From: an uncultured Desulfarculus sp.
Lineage (GTDB): Bacteria; Desulfobacterota; Desulfarculia; Desulfarculales; Desulfarculaceae
DNA: 64,000 bases
Assembly (NCBI GenBank): GCA_963665125.2
Contig: CAXXUK010000001.1
Location: forward strand, 2,816,001 to 2,880,000
Direction: 5' to 3'
Shown: in pieces, positions 1 through 11,902 of the stretch
How positions within the stretch are numbered: position 1 is the stretch's first letter
Layout of the letters: each line of letters opens with the position of its first letter
Program-made: the position numbers and the translations under genes
Notes under the pieces: model-generated
What the model was told of the DNA's origin: nothing
What the model saw: the letters and a program-made list of their open reading frames with translations, nothing else
Database searches by the model: none

Positions 1-53
1 TCTCGCTGCTGACCATGCTCTACATCGCCGGCGCGCTGGAAGAAGCACACTAA
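1..53 (+). CDS. atpB: F0F1 ATP synthase subunit a, 3' end (partial)
   Basis: Frame from position 3 reads SLLTMLYIAGALEEAH*, typical of the subunit a C-terminus, and lies directly before atpE. Confidence 0.8.
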   Translation, partial: SLLTMLYIAGALEEAH

Positions 54-114
54 GGATTAAACTTCCCCCAAGGAAGAAGGCGCATAAAAACTATATTTGT
101 TAGGGAGTAAGAAA

Positions 115-480
115 ATGAAGAAGTTCTCGTTGATTGCCGCTCTTACCGGTTTGTTCGTACTGGGTCTGTCCGCCGTGGCCATGGCCGCCGACGCTAGCGT
201 TGGCGCTCAGCTGGCCGGTGTCTTCGCCGCTTCGGTGACCGCCGCTGGCTTCGGCCTGGGCATCGCCGCTTTCGGTACCGGTATTGCCCAGGGCATCGCC
301 GTCAAGGGCGCCGTCGAGGGTACCGCCCGCAACCCCGAGGCCGGTGGTAAAATCCAGGTGACCATGCTGATCGGTCTGGCCATGATCGAGTCTCTGTGTA
401 TTTACGCTCTGGTCGTCAGCCTGATTCTGCTGTTCGCCAACGACCACGTGGCCGTCGTCAAGACGATCATCGCCGGTTAG
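115..480 (+). CDS. atpE: F0F1 ATP synthase subunit c with signal-peptide-like N-terminal extension
   Basis: GxGxGxxxG helix, ARNPE loop, MIESLCIY carboxylate motif; GGAG RBS before ATG at 115. Confidence 0.95.
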   Translation: MKKFSLIAALTGLFVLGLSAVAMAADASVGAQLAGVFAASVTAAGFGLGIAAFGTGIAQGIAVKGAVEGTARNPEAGGKIQVTMLIGLAMIESLCIYALVVSLILLFANDHVAVVKTIIAG

Positions 481-491
481 TTCGCCGATTT

Positions 492-525
492 CAAAGGGCC
501 GGGCCCAGCGCCCGGCCCTTTGTTT
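492..525 (+). terminator. Rho-independent terminator after atpE
   Basis: caaagggccgggc / gcccggccctttg stem followed by T-rich tail. Confidence 0.8.
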
Positions 526-535
526 CGATAGCCCT

Positions 536-553
536 ATGTGACTTGCCTCACAA
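536..553. promoter_or_regulatory. Rex operator (autoregulation)
   Basis: ATGTGA-cttgcc-TCACAA matches TTGTGA-N6-TCACAA and sits 15 nt upstream of rex. Confidence 0.75.
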
Positions 554-568
554 AAACAGAGCAGTTCC

Positions 569-1198
569 ATGAAATTTATGAAAATACCCGCGGCTACCAT
601 TACTCGCCTTTCCATATACTCACGCGCGTTGGAAGGCCTGGTCACCGAAGGCGTGCCAGTGGTCTCCAGCAAAAAGCTGGCTGAGCTATGCGGCGTCAAT
701 CCCGCGCAGATCAGAAAGGACTTGGCCTATTTCGGCCAGTTCGGCGTGCGCGGTGTGGGGTATTACGTAAAAGAGCTACTTTTTGACATTAAAAAGATTC
801 TGGGCCTTAACAAGCAGTGGAACCTGGCCATCGTCGGCATGGGCAACCTGGGCTGCGCCCTGATGGCCCATGAAAACTTCACCAAGCAGGGCTACCGTTT
901 CGTGGCGGCCTTTGACAACGACCCCATGAAGGTCGGACTCAAGCTGGCCACGGGCCTGCCGGTCCATGCGGTCAGCGACCTGGCCGCAATGTGCGCTGAA
1001 CAGGACGCCGAGATCGGCGTGATCTGCACCCCGGCCGATGTGGCCCAGGATATCGCCAACAAATTCGTCGACGCGGGAGTCAAGGGCATACTCAACTTCG
1101 CACCCACCCAAATCCAGGTGCCCAAAGGCTTCAAAGTGGAAAACGTCGACTTTACGGTGAAACTGGACAACCTGGCTTATCATCTGACCTCGGTCTAG
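569..1198 (+). CDS. rex: Redox-sensing transcriptional repressor Rex
   Basis: IPxATIxRLSIY, QIRKDLAYFGQFGVRGVGY, VGMGNLG NAD-binding motif, GILNFAP. Confidence 0.97.
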   Translation: MKFMKIPAATITRLSIYSRALEGLVTEGVPVVSSKKLAELCGVNPAQIRKDLAYFGQFGVRGVGYYVKELLFDIKKILGLNKQWNLAIVGMGNLGCALMAHENFTKQGYRFVAAFDNDPMKVGLKLATGLPVHAVSDLAAMCAEQDAEIGVICTPADVAQDIANKFVDAGVKGILNFAPTQIQVPKGFKVENVDFTVKLDNLAYHLTSV

Positions 1199-1226
1199 GG
1201 TTCAATACCAAGATAAATCCAGCGAC

Positions 1227-1568
1227 TTATTTCCCGCACACCGGGCACCGCAGGATTGTGCCTTCGGGGCATACCGGATGTGCGCCTTTGGCGATCTCCG
1301 GGTAATCGTGATAATTGCGGCACTGCATGTAATAGGCCTCTCGGGCGTTGGCTGCGTAGCTGGCCTTGAAATAGCCGTAATTGCATTTTGAGCAGTGTTC
1401 GATGAGCACATGACGCAGGTCGTCATCCGAGCGGCCTATGAACTTGGCCTCGAACTTGTGGCCGTCGTATAGACCCAGGGCGTAATTGCCGGGGACTGCC
1501 TTTTCAATGACCCTGTCTACGGTCCAATGGTTAAGCTCAAACGGTCCGTGCATTCCCAAGCCGGCCAT
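1227..1568 (-). CDS. Small GIY-YIG-like protein with C-terminal Cys/His (Zn-like) motif, probably catalytically degenerate
   Basis: PGNYALG...KFIGRSDDDL pattern, C-terminal HPxCP...CPVC, strong GGGAGGGG RBS. Confidence 0.6.
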   Translation of the reverse strand: MAGLGMHGPFELNHWTVDRVIEKAVPGNYALGLYDGHKFEAKFIGRSDDDLRHVLIEHCSKCNYGYFKASYAANAREAYYMQCRNYHDYPEIAKGAHPVCPEGTILRCPVCGK

Positions 1569-1588
1569 ATCCCCCTCCCTGACAAAAC

Positions 1589-1628
1589 AATCGCCCGCTC
1601 ACGCCGTTTTCGGCGCATGCGGGCGATT
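1589..1628 (-). terminator. Strong hairpin between uvrA and the GIY-YIG-like gene
   Basis: aatcgcccgc..cgccg-tttt-cggcg..gcgggcgatt; on the minus strand it is followed by GTTTTG. Confidence 0.55.
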
Positions 1629-1692
1629 CGTGGCCCATTATCAATCTTGTGATCACACACGGTAGAATTGGCCTAGATTGGCACAGGGTGCT

Positions 1693-4521
<2,829 letters not shown>

Positions 4522-4555
4522 GCCGTCCCCAGTTTTTTCACATTATTTCAGCGTC

Positions 4556-5149
4556 CTACCACCACATCCAGGGTCCGTCCCACCACCCGGGATCGCCGGG
4601 CATGACCGGCTCCACGCCAACGCCGAAGCCGAACTCCACCGGGGGCAGACCGCGCTCGGCATTGGTGAGATGGGGCGGCCAGGAAAATATTTCCTTGCCC
4701 CGCAGCAGCACATAAGTGAGCTGGGCCTTGCCGTGAGGCAGATTCTCGACGCCAAGCACCCGTCCGGCCACGGTGACCTTGCGGCCCTGGCCATAGGCCA
4801 AAGGATCCAGATATCCGGACATGGCCACGATGAACCGTCCCAGGCCCTGGCTCCCGTCCTCGGGGCGTTGATCGGAATCCATGGGCGTCTGCATGACCTC
4901 CACTAGCGTGCCCCTGGGGCGCTTGACATTGCGGAGCACTACGCCGCCCCAAACCACCATCTGGTCCTTTGCGGCCTTGGGGTCGACCAGCACACCGGGC
5001 ACATCCAGGTCCAGATTGGCCTGCGACTGATATTCGCTGGTGATTACCTGTTTATGGCAGCCCATGCACATGGCCGCCGCCACCAATGTCAACAATAGTA
5101 TAGCTTTTTTCAACACGCCGCGCAACCTCGAGTTAGTCGGTGTTTTCAA
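4556..5149 (-). CDS. Slp-family outer-membrane lipoprotein
   Basis: Lipobox-like [33 protein letters not shown]. Confidence 0.8.
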   Translation of the reverse strand: MKTPTNSRLRGVLKKAILLLTLVAAAMCMGCHKQVITSEYQSQANLDLDVPGVLVDPKAAKDQMVVWGGVVLRNVKRPRGTLVEVMQTPMDSDQRPEDGSQGLGRFIVAMSGYLDPLAYGQGRKVTVAGRVLGVENLPHGKAQLTYVLLRGKEIFSWPPHLTNAERGLPPVEFGFGVGVEPVMPGDPGWWDGPWMWW

Positions 5150-5921
5150 TTGTAATCATTCTCAAGTGATTGACAACATCCGGGTCCAGGGCCTTGCCGG
5201 CCAGATTCGTCATTATCTCCAGTGCCTTTTCCGGGCTGGAGCCTTTTTGATAAGGTCTATTAGTGGTTATGGCGTCGTAGGTGTCGGCCACGGCCACGAT
5301 TCGGGCTCCCTGGGGGATATCCTCGGCCGCCAGCCCCCTGGGATAGCCTGTGCCGTCCAGACGTTCATGATGACAGTAGATGTAATCAAGCGCCCGGCCC
5401 AGGAAATCCAGACCCTTTAGGATTTCGAAACCGGTCTGGGGGTGCTTGACGATCTCCGCCATGACCTCGGGCGGCGGCTTGCCGATGGTGTTGTGAAACA
5501 CCGCGTCGCTGAAGCCGATCTTGCCGATGTCGTGGATCAGGGCCGCCAGGCTGATCAAATTGACCTCCTGCTGGTCCAGGCCCATGCTCAGGGCGAGCTT
5601 TTCGGAAAGCACGGCCACCCTGTAGCCGTGGCCCGCCGTGTATTCATCCCTGGCGTTGATGGCCTCGGCCATGGCCTCTATGGCCGTCTGCACGGCCATC
5701 TGCTGACGGGTGCGGGCCTCGCGCAGTTCCTCGATGATCAATTCCAGGCGGTATTCACGGGCCTCCACCTTGACCATCATCATGCTCATGGCCTCGGCGA
5801 TGCGCCGCAGGTCTTCGTCGCCGCCCTCGGCGGTGAGTTTGATGATGTCCTGGCTATAGTGCCCTGCGGCTACGTCTTCGATTACATCCAACAGCTTTTG
5901 CAGGTCAAAGCCTTTACTCAT
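5133..5921 (-). CDS. HD-GYP domain c-di-GMP phosphodiesterase
   Basis: YTAGH, LIHDIGK, HHERLDGTGYP, VADTYDAITTNRPY. Confidence 0.9.
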   Translation of the reverse strand: MSKGFDLQKLLDVIEDVAAGHYSQDIIKLTAEGGDEDLRRIAEAMSMMMVKVEAREYRLELIIEELREARTRQQMAVQTAIEAMAEAINARDEYTAGHGYRVAVLSEKLALSMGLDQQEVNLISLAALIHDIGKIGFSDAVFHNTIGKPPPEVMAEIVKHPQTGFEILKGLDFLGRALDYIYCHHERLDGTGYPRGLAAEDIPQGARIVAVADTYDAITTNRPYQKGSSPEKALEIMTNLAGKALDPDVVNHLRMITIENTD

Positions 5922-6874
5922 GCGATTCCCATCTTGGCCTCGGCCATGCGCGCGGCGTACAGGATGGCCTGCTTCATACTGGCCGGGTTGGCCTCTCCCC
6001 GGCCCGCCAGATCGTATGCCGTGCCGTGGTCCACGCTGGTGCGGATGATGGGCAGGCCCAGGGTTATATTGACCCCGTCATAAAAATGCATCAATTTCAA
6101 CGGGATGAGCCCCTGATCATGATACATGCAGACCACCGCGTCGAAGTGGCCCCTGGCGGCCCGCCAAAAGACCGTATCCGGCGGATGGGGGCCGCTGGCG
6201 TCCATGCCCATGGCCTTTAGCTGCTCCACGGCCGGGGCGATGATGTCGCGCTCCTCGGTGCCGAACATGCCGCCCTCCCCGGCGTGGGGGTTGAGTCCGG
6301 CGATGGCCAGACGCGGCCTGGTATAGCCCATCAGGCGCTGCATGTCCGAAGCCGTGGTGGCCGCCACCTCGACGATGCCGCCTGTGGTCAGGCGGCCCGG
6401 CACCTCGGCAAGGGCGCAGTGGATCGTCACCAGCGTCACCTTCAGCCGCTCGCCGGCCAGCATCATCACCGGCTTGGGCACTCCGGTCAGCCGGGCCAGC
6501 AGGGTCGTATGGCCGGTTTCGGCGTAGCCCGCCGCTTGCAGGGCCTCCTTGCTGATGGGCGCGGTGGCCATGGCCCGGACCATCTCGGTGCGGCACATTT
6601 CGGCGGCCATCTCGATAAACGATCCGGCCAGACGGCCTCCGGCGGCGCTGGGCCTGCCCAGGGGCACCTCCGATTCAGGGCCGACCTCGATCAACTCCAC
6701 TTCGGGAATGGGCAGCCCGCACACCACCGCCGCGTCATTGAGAAAACGGCGTTGGCCCACCACAACCAGAGTGGCGGCTGCGGTCAGTTCGGGATCGCTG
6801 CACGCCCTGGCCACGACCTCCGGGCCCACCCCCGCCGGATCGCCCATGGTAACGGCTATTCTGGGTTTGATCAT
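5918..6874 (-). CDS. pdxA: 4-hydroxythreonine-4-phosphate dehydrogenase
   Basis: TMGDPAGVGPE, GLNPHAGE, MYHDQGLIP, IIRTSVDHGTAYD. Confidence 0.95.
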   Translation of the reverse strand: MIKPRIAVTMGDPAGVGPEVVARACSDPELTAAATLVVVGQRRFLNDAAVVCGLPIPEVELIEVGPESEVPLGRPSAAGGRLAGSFIEMAAEMCRTEMVRAMATAPISKEALQAAGYAETGHTTLLARLTGVPKPVMMLAGERLKVTLVTIHCALAEVPGRLTTGGIVEVAATTASDMQRLMGYTRPRLAIAGLNPHAGEGGMFGTEERDIIAPAVEQLKAMGMDASGPHPPDTVFWRAARGHFDAVVCMYHDQGLIPLKLMHFYDGVNITLGLPIIRTSVDHGTAYDLAGRGEANPASMKQAILYAARMAEAKMGIA

Positions 6875-7116
6875 GATCCCTCCAACAATTCTTTCCAGAA
6901 ATCATGGTCCCACCCCACCTTGACCATCTCGCCCCACTGCACCACCGGCACCTCCCGGTTACCGGGAACCAGGTTGAGCATCTCGCGCTTGGCGGTCATG
7001 GACACACCGACATCCAGCCACTCGATCTCATATCCCCGGAGGCTGAAGTATTCCCCGGCCGCCCGGCAGCGGGCGCAGCCATAGACGTGGAAGATCCGCA
7101 CCGTTTTCCCAAACAT
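6871..7116 (-). CDS. Glutaredoxin/NrdH-like redoxin
   Basis: CARC CxxC motif, cis-Pro VPVV, VGWD; overlaps the pdxA start. Confidence 0.8.
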   Translation of the reverse strand: MFGKTVRIFHVYGCARCRAAGEYFSLRGYEIEWLDVGVSMTAKREMLNLVPGNREVPVVQWGEMVKVGWDHDFWKELLEGS

Positions 7117-7286
7117 GTTTTTCTCCGGAACCCAATAGGATGAAACATCAGTTTAGCCCCGCAGCCCCGGCCAGTCAATCGGGGCCTGGGAGATGCTTTT
7201 GGGAAGCCCCACGCCGGAAATAGCCGCCGCTTGATGATAGTTACTAGGCATCATCCGGCCCGCATGGGCCGCAATGGGAGGAAGCC

Positions 7287-8363
7287 ATGAGTACGTGCAG
7301 ATTCATGCACCAAAACCTGATTACCGGCCCGGACATGCTGGACGTCTCGTCAGCCCTGCCCGGTCCGGTGGGCATGCCCGCGCCGCGGGCGGCCGGATCG
7401 GCCGTGGCCTATGCCGGGGGCCGGCACAACGCCTCCAGGGACCAGGCCTTTTTACTGGAGATCGACTCGGTCAACGCCGGAGCGGAAGTGGGCCAGGCCA
7501 CCTTCCGCTGGAAACGCGGCCAGATGCAGAGCTGGGAAGGCGCGGAGTGTATCACCTCCACGGCCATGACCGAGCTGGCCGACGGGGTGAGCGTCAAATG
7601 GGCCTCGGGCATCGGCGACGATTTTGTCCCGGGCGACGGCTGGACCATTATCTGCCCGGCCAACGAGGGCCCGGTGCGGCTGTTGGACGGCGACCGGGAT
7701 ACGCTGTGGAAGGCCACCGGCTGCGCCACGGAACATCTCACCGTGGACCTGGGCGCGGCCACGGCTGCCACCTCGCTGATCCTGGCCGACCACAATCTCT
7801 CCGACAGCGCCACGGTGAACCTGTTGGCCGACGACGGGGCCGACTGGGACGATCCGGCCTTCGGCATGGCCGTTGCCGTGGCCGTGAACCGGCCCCACCT
7901 TACGGCTTTTTTCGAGCACACCGCCCGTTACTGGCGTCTGGAGATCAGCGACCCGGCCAACGCCGACGGCTATGTCAGCGCCAGCATGCTCCACCTGGGC
8001 CCCCACCTGAGCCCGTCGCGCAATTTCAGCGCACGCTACGGCCGCACCCTGGCCGCCGGACGGCAGCTCAACATCACCGACGCGGGCAAGGTGGCCGGAT
8101 CGGCCAAGGCCCTGGGCCACAGTTTCACCCTGCCCTTCAGCGGGCTCAGCGACGCCGACGCGGCCGGTCTGGAGCAGATGCTCTCGGCGGTCCACGACGC
8201 CGACGCAGGCAGACTGCGGCCCCTGTTTTTCACGCCCCTGGACAGCGACCCGGCCGGCACCTACTACTGCCTGCCCGGCGCCGAACTGGCCCTGAGCGGC
8301 CAGCACCAGGGCCGCTGGTCGGCCAGCCTGGTCCTGGAGGAAGTGGTGCGAACCAATGTATAG
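7287..8363 (+). CDS. Phage tail-tip protein (distal-tail-like, with discoidin/F5-8C-like insert)
   Basis: LLDGDRDTLW..HLTVDLG..LILADHNL..ARYWRLEISD discoidin-like pattern; FTLPFSGLS..PLFF..LVLEE Dit-like C-terminus; GGGAGG RBS; first gene of a coupled operon. Confidence 0.55.
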   Translation: MSTCRFMHQNLITGPDMLDVSSALPGPVGMPAPRAAGSAVAYAGGRHNASRDQAFLLEIDSVNAGAEVGQATFRWKRGQMQSWEGAECITSTAMTELADGVSVKWASGIGDDFVPGDGWTIICPANEGPVRLLDGDRDTLWKATGCATEHLTVDLGAATAATSLILADHNLSDSATVNLLADDGADWDDPAFGMAVAVAVNRPHLTAFFEHTARYWRLEISDPANADGYVSASMLHLGPHLSPSRNFSARYGRTLAAGRQLNITDAGKVAGSAKALGHSFTLPFSGLSDADAAGLEQMLSAVHDADAGRLRPLFFTPLDSDPAGTYYCLPGAELALSGQHQGRWSASLVLEEVVRTNV

Positions 8364-8883
8364 CCTGAGCCAAGGTTTTCATCGGGCCCAAAGCGAACGC
8401 GCCAACGAGCCGGTGTTACTGCTGCGCCTGACCAACGCCTTTGGCGTGCGGGTATACGCCGACCGCACCCCCCAGGCCGCGCTGCTGGGCCTCAGCGGCC
8501 CGCTCACCGCGGGCGGCGACGTGCTGGCCGATGGCTCTCGGAGGGCCGGCGAAGGCTCCCTTAACCTGCTGGACACCGGTGCCAAGGTGCTTTCCTACGG
8601 GCGGCTGCGGGAGACCCTTACGCCCCAGAGCGGCCAGATCATGGCCAGCCTGCGCCAGGAAGAGGCCTCCAGCCTCAGCGTGACCATGAGCAACGAAGGT
8701 CCGGATGACGCCCGGCCCATGAGCCGAATCGAGGCCATGGAGAACATCTTGGGCGCCACGGGCGAGCTGATCATCGGCTTCCCCGGCGTACCGGCCCGGG
8801 AATTCATGACCCGCTTCAGCGGCCGGGTCCAGAGCTACACCCTGCGCAGCGGCCAGTTGCGCCTCAGCCTGCGAGCGGCGTGA
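8356..8883 (+). CDS. Putative phage baseplate/hub-associated protein
   Basis: Overlaps both neighbours; C-terminal RFSGRVQSY..LRLSL beta pattern; context-based call. Confidence 0.45.
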   Translation: MYSLSQGFHRAQSERANEPVLLLRLTNAFGVRVYADRTPQAALLGLSGPLTAGGDVLADGSRRAGEGSLNLLDTGAKVLSYGRLRETLTPQSGQIMASLRQEEASSLSVTMSNEGPDDARPMSRIEAMENILGATGELIIGFPGVPAREFMTRFSGRVQSYTLRSGQLRLSLRAA

Positions 8884-10070
8884 TGTTGGACATGCAACAA
8901 ACCGTGGTCCTGAAACCGGCCCGCAACTATAACCAACCCGCCAGCGGCGCCGCCCTATTGCCCCTGGTCTACGGCGACATGGCCGGCGGCGGCAGCGGCG
9001 GCCAATGGCGGGCCGTATGCATCGACACCACCAACAATGTTTTTGCCCTGGCCGGGCATTCCATGCACAGCGTCACGGGCCTTTACGACTCCGATGGCGC
9101 TCTGATCGATTCCGGCACATACACGCTAAGCCTATCCAATAATTACGAAGGCCGGGGGATCATCGCCACGGCGTCGTTTTCGGCCCAGCCTCCCTCGGAA
9201 GTGCTGGTGCGCGGCCAGGGCAAGACAGATGACAGCGGCTGCCTCATCGACAATCCGGTGGATATCGCCGTGGACATCATCGCCGAAACCTGCGTCGACG
9301 ACGCGGCCCAATATATCGACCAGGTCTACCTGGTCCGGGCCCGGCAAAAGGCCCTCCTGGCCGGGTTGCTGGCCGGCGGGGTCATCGCAACGCAAGACCG
9401 GCTGGGAGATTTACTCACCGACCTGTTGGGCGAATTCCTGGGCTCCTGGTGGATCGGCGGCAACAGCCTGTTGCGCCTGAGCATGGACTTGGGGCCTTGC
9501 CTCCAGGCCGAATCGGAGCTTGCCGCCCACCTGCGCCACGGCGATTTGCAGGACATCGAGGTCAGCGCGGACCTGGAAGACGTGGCCAACCAGGCCGAGC
9601 TTTGCTTTTGCCTGAACCACGCCACGGGCACCTACCAGGCCTCCGACGACGGGGCCTATAACGCCCAGCCCCTGTCCGTGGGCCTTTACGGCCGGCGCAC
9701 TGCCCAACTGGAGTTGAAGTGGGTCCGCCATGAACAGACGGCAACGGCCGTGGGGCAACGCTTCGTGGAACTGCTAAGCGCACCGCGGCGAAATATTTCC
9801 TGCCAGGTCGGCCACCTGCGGCTGTTGCACCTGGAAAAGGGCGACATGGTCGTGCTGAGTCTGCCTTGGCTGTATGACGGCCAGGGTCTGGCCCTGGCCA
9901 ACCAGATCGTACGGGTGCTTTCGGTGGAGCCGCAGTTCGACAGCGGCTTGATGGGCCTGAGCCTGTTGGACCTGGGCCTTTACAAGACCATCGCCTATCC
10001 GGCCGACGGCGCGTACCCGGCCGATGGCACCATCCAGGCCGGAGGGCTGCGGGATCGGCGGCAATACTAA
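8880..10070 (+). CDS. Putative phage tail tip/baseplate hub (Tal-like) protein
   Basis: LPLVYG, IDNPVDI, SVGLYGRR..LKWVR, LEKGDMVVL motifs typical of tail-tip proteins; directly precedes the fibres. Confidence 0.55.
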   Translation: MMLDMQQTVVLKPARNYNQPASGAALLPLVYGDMAGGGSGGQWRAVCIDTTNNVFALAGHSMHSVTGLYDSDGALIDSGTYTLSLSNNYEGRGIIATASFSAQPPSEVLVRGQGKTDDSGCLIDNPVDIAVDIIAETCVDDAAQYIDQVYLVRARQKALLAGLLAGGVIATQDRLGDLLTDLLGEFLGSWWIGGNSLLRLSMDLGPCLQAESELAAHLRHGDLQDIEVSADLEDVANQAELCFCLNHATGTYQASDDGAYNAQPLSVGLYGRRTAQLELKWVRHEQTATAVGQRFVELLSAPRRNISCQVGHLRLLHLEKGDMVVLSLPWLYDGQGLALANQIVRVLSVEPQFDSGLMGLSLLDLGLYKTIAYPADGAYPADGTIQAGGLRDRRQY

Positions 10071-10125
10071 CCTTTTTACGGAATCATTTACGGCCGAGGC
10101 GTTTGCGGCGGCCCAAGGAGAAGAC

Positions 10126-11184
10126 ATGAGCGATCAGACCATTCAATACGACGAGGAGATGGTGGGCGCGGGGCACCCGACCAAAGCGGACACCCTCAAC
10201 CGCCTGGCCCTGGTGGAGACCGACGCCGACGGCCGCGGCAAGATGCGCTTTCTCAAGGAGCAGGCCAGCGCGCCCACGCCGGGTGACAATGAAGGCGTGC
10301 TCTACACGGCCGACGACGGCGGCGACACCTGCCTGTACTACAAGGCTGGCATGGAAGTCCTGAAGCTGGCCCAGCCGGGGCACCCCTTCATGACCGGCTA
10401 CGACGGCACTGCTGAAAACTACGGCGGCGATCTCGATTCCCTGGTGAGTGGCGGCTTCTACTACGCAAACACCAGCGCCAGCAATAAGCCCGCGACAACC
10501 AACGGTTACGCCTTCGTGATCGGGTACTCCAGTACGTATGCCGCCCAAACCTATATCGAATACAACGGCGGCACGTACACCCGCACTTTGCAGGCCGGTT
10601 CCTGGACCAGCTGGGAAAAGATAATAACCGATGCCGACGCTGGTTTGATCGGCCTTAGCGGTCAAGGTGAAGCAGAAACGGACAATGCAAACAATTGCAT
10701 ATACAATGGTTTCTACGCGCTCAATGCGGCAGCGGCCAACAACCCAAAAAGCGCTGCCGGTTATTTGCTGGTTCACCGCTACAATACCAACTACATTCTA
10801 CAAATATACCGCCCGTTGACTCAAACCGGCACGTTCTACATCCGTCACTACACTGTCTCCGCCTGGTCCTCCTGGACCGAAATGTACACAGCGGATGCAT
10901 ATTCCAGCAGCTACGGCACATCGGGCTATTTCGTGATGCCCACCGGCCTGGTCGTTCAGTGGGGGATAGTTTCATACACACCCACGGCCACCAAAGAGAC
11001 TAAGGTTATCAGCTTTCCGATGGCTTTTCCTACAGGTTGTCGCGCCGTCACCGCATTAACAAACGGATACCCCGACTCAAAAGGCGTTGGTGTTTCGTCG
11101 TTCAGCGCTACGTCCTGGACGGCCACCGTGTTCAGCGACCCGATCGGTTCCACGACCATCCGGTATTTCGCGGTTGGTTACTAG
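10126..11184 (+). CDS. Tail fibre with two pyocin-knob-like repeats and gp53-like C-terminal domain
   Basis: DLDSLVSGGFYY..YTRT..WTSWEK and NANNCIYNGFY..FYIR..WSSWTE knob repeats; GYFVMPTGLVVQWG..ISFPMAFP..YFAVGY; AAGGAG RBS before ATG 10126. Confidence 0.85.
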   Translation: MSDQTIQYDEEMVGAGHPTKADTLNRLALVETDADGRGKMRFLKEQASAPTPGDNEGVLYTADDGGDTCLYYKAGMEVLKLAQPGHPFMTGYDGTAENYGGDLDSLVSGGFYYANTSASNKPATTNGYAFVIGYSSTYAAQTYIEYNGGTYTRTLQAGSWTSWEKIITDADAGLIGLSGQGEAETDNANNCIYNGFYALNAAAANNPKSAAGYLLVHRYNTNYILQIYRPLTQTGTFYIRHYTVSAWSSWTEMYTADAYSSSYGTSGYFVMPTGLVVQWGIVSYTPTATKETKVISFPMAFPTGCRAVTALTNGYPDSKGVGVSSFSATSWTATVFSDPIGSTTIRYFAVGY

Positions 11185-11194
11185 GAGAAGATTC

Positions 11195-11791
11195 ATGAAG
11201 TATTACAGCCCGACAACATGCGGTTTTTACGACGACACTCTGCACAGCTCGATCCCGGAGGGCTCGGTGGATATCACCGACGCCGAATACGAGGCCGTGA
11301 TGGCGGCCCAGGCCCAGGGCGCGGAGATCCTGGCGGGCGGAGACGGCAAACCCGTTGCCATCTACCCGGAGGAGCCCACGCTCGAGCGGGCCAGGGAGAT
11401 CAAACACGCCGAACTTTTAGCCAATGTAAACAAGTTCATCGCCCAAAAGCCCGACGGCAAGACCCGCTACGACACCAACCTGAAGTTGAACCTGCTGGAC
11501 TGGCGGGATGAGATTCGGGACATCAACGCCGACCCCTCGGCCACCGCCGAACAGCTTGCCTGGGCCGCCGCCGCCCAGCCGCTGATCGACTCGGTCAAAG
11601 CCTGGATAGCCGCCGTGCAAGAGGCCTACCTCTACGACCGCAAGGCCGCACTATACGGGGCAGCCGATGCGGCAGCCCTGGAGGCCGTGGACGTCAGCTA
11701 TGAATGGTTCGAGGAGCGTTACGGCCTGACCGGCACGGTTTTGGCCGACCCGGACGTGTACACCAGCGATATCGCCGGGGCCGGACAATAG
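11195..11791 (+). CDS. Tail fibre assembly/chaperone protein
   Basis: MKYYSPTTCGFY..IPEGSVDIT..QAQG..DGKPV, the classic Tfa N-terminus, directly after the fibre; AGGAG RBS. Confidence 0.8.
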   Translation: MKYYSPTTCGFYDDTLHSSIPEGSVDITDAEYEAVMAAQAQGAEILAGGDGKPVAIYPEEPTLERAREIKHAELLANVNKFIAQKPDGKTRYDTNLKLNLLDWRDEIRDINADPSATAEQLAWAAAAQPLIDSVKAWIAAVQEAYLYDRKAALYGAADAAALEAVDVSYEWFEERYGLTGTVLADPDVYTSDIAGAGQ

Positions 11792-11902
11792 AGCCATAAA
11801 AATGACAAAACCGTAATATAGTCTAATTCGATAACGTCCTAAAAGAGAATGCCGGAGAGGCCGGCCTAATGAAGCCCCAAATACTTAAGGAGGTTGATCC
11901 AA

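Noticed and set aside
6871..7116. Selenoprotein redoxin
   Set aside because: Both cysteines are TGC codons and there is no in-frame TGA.
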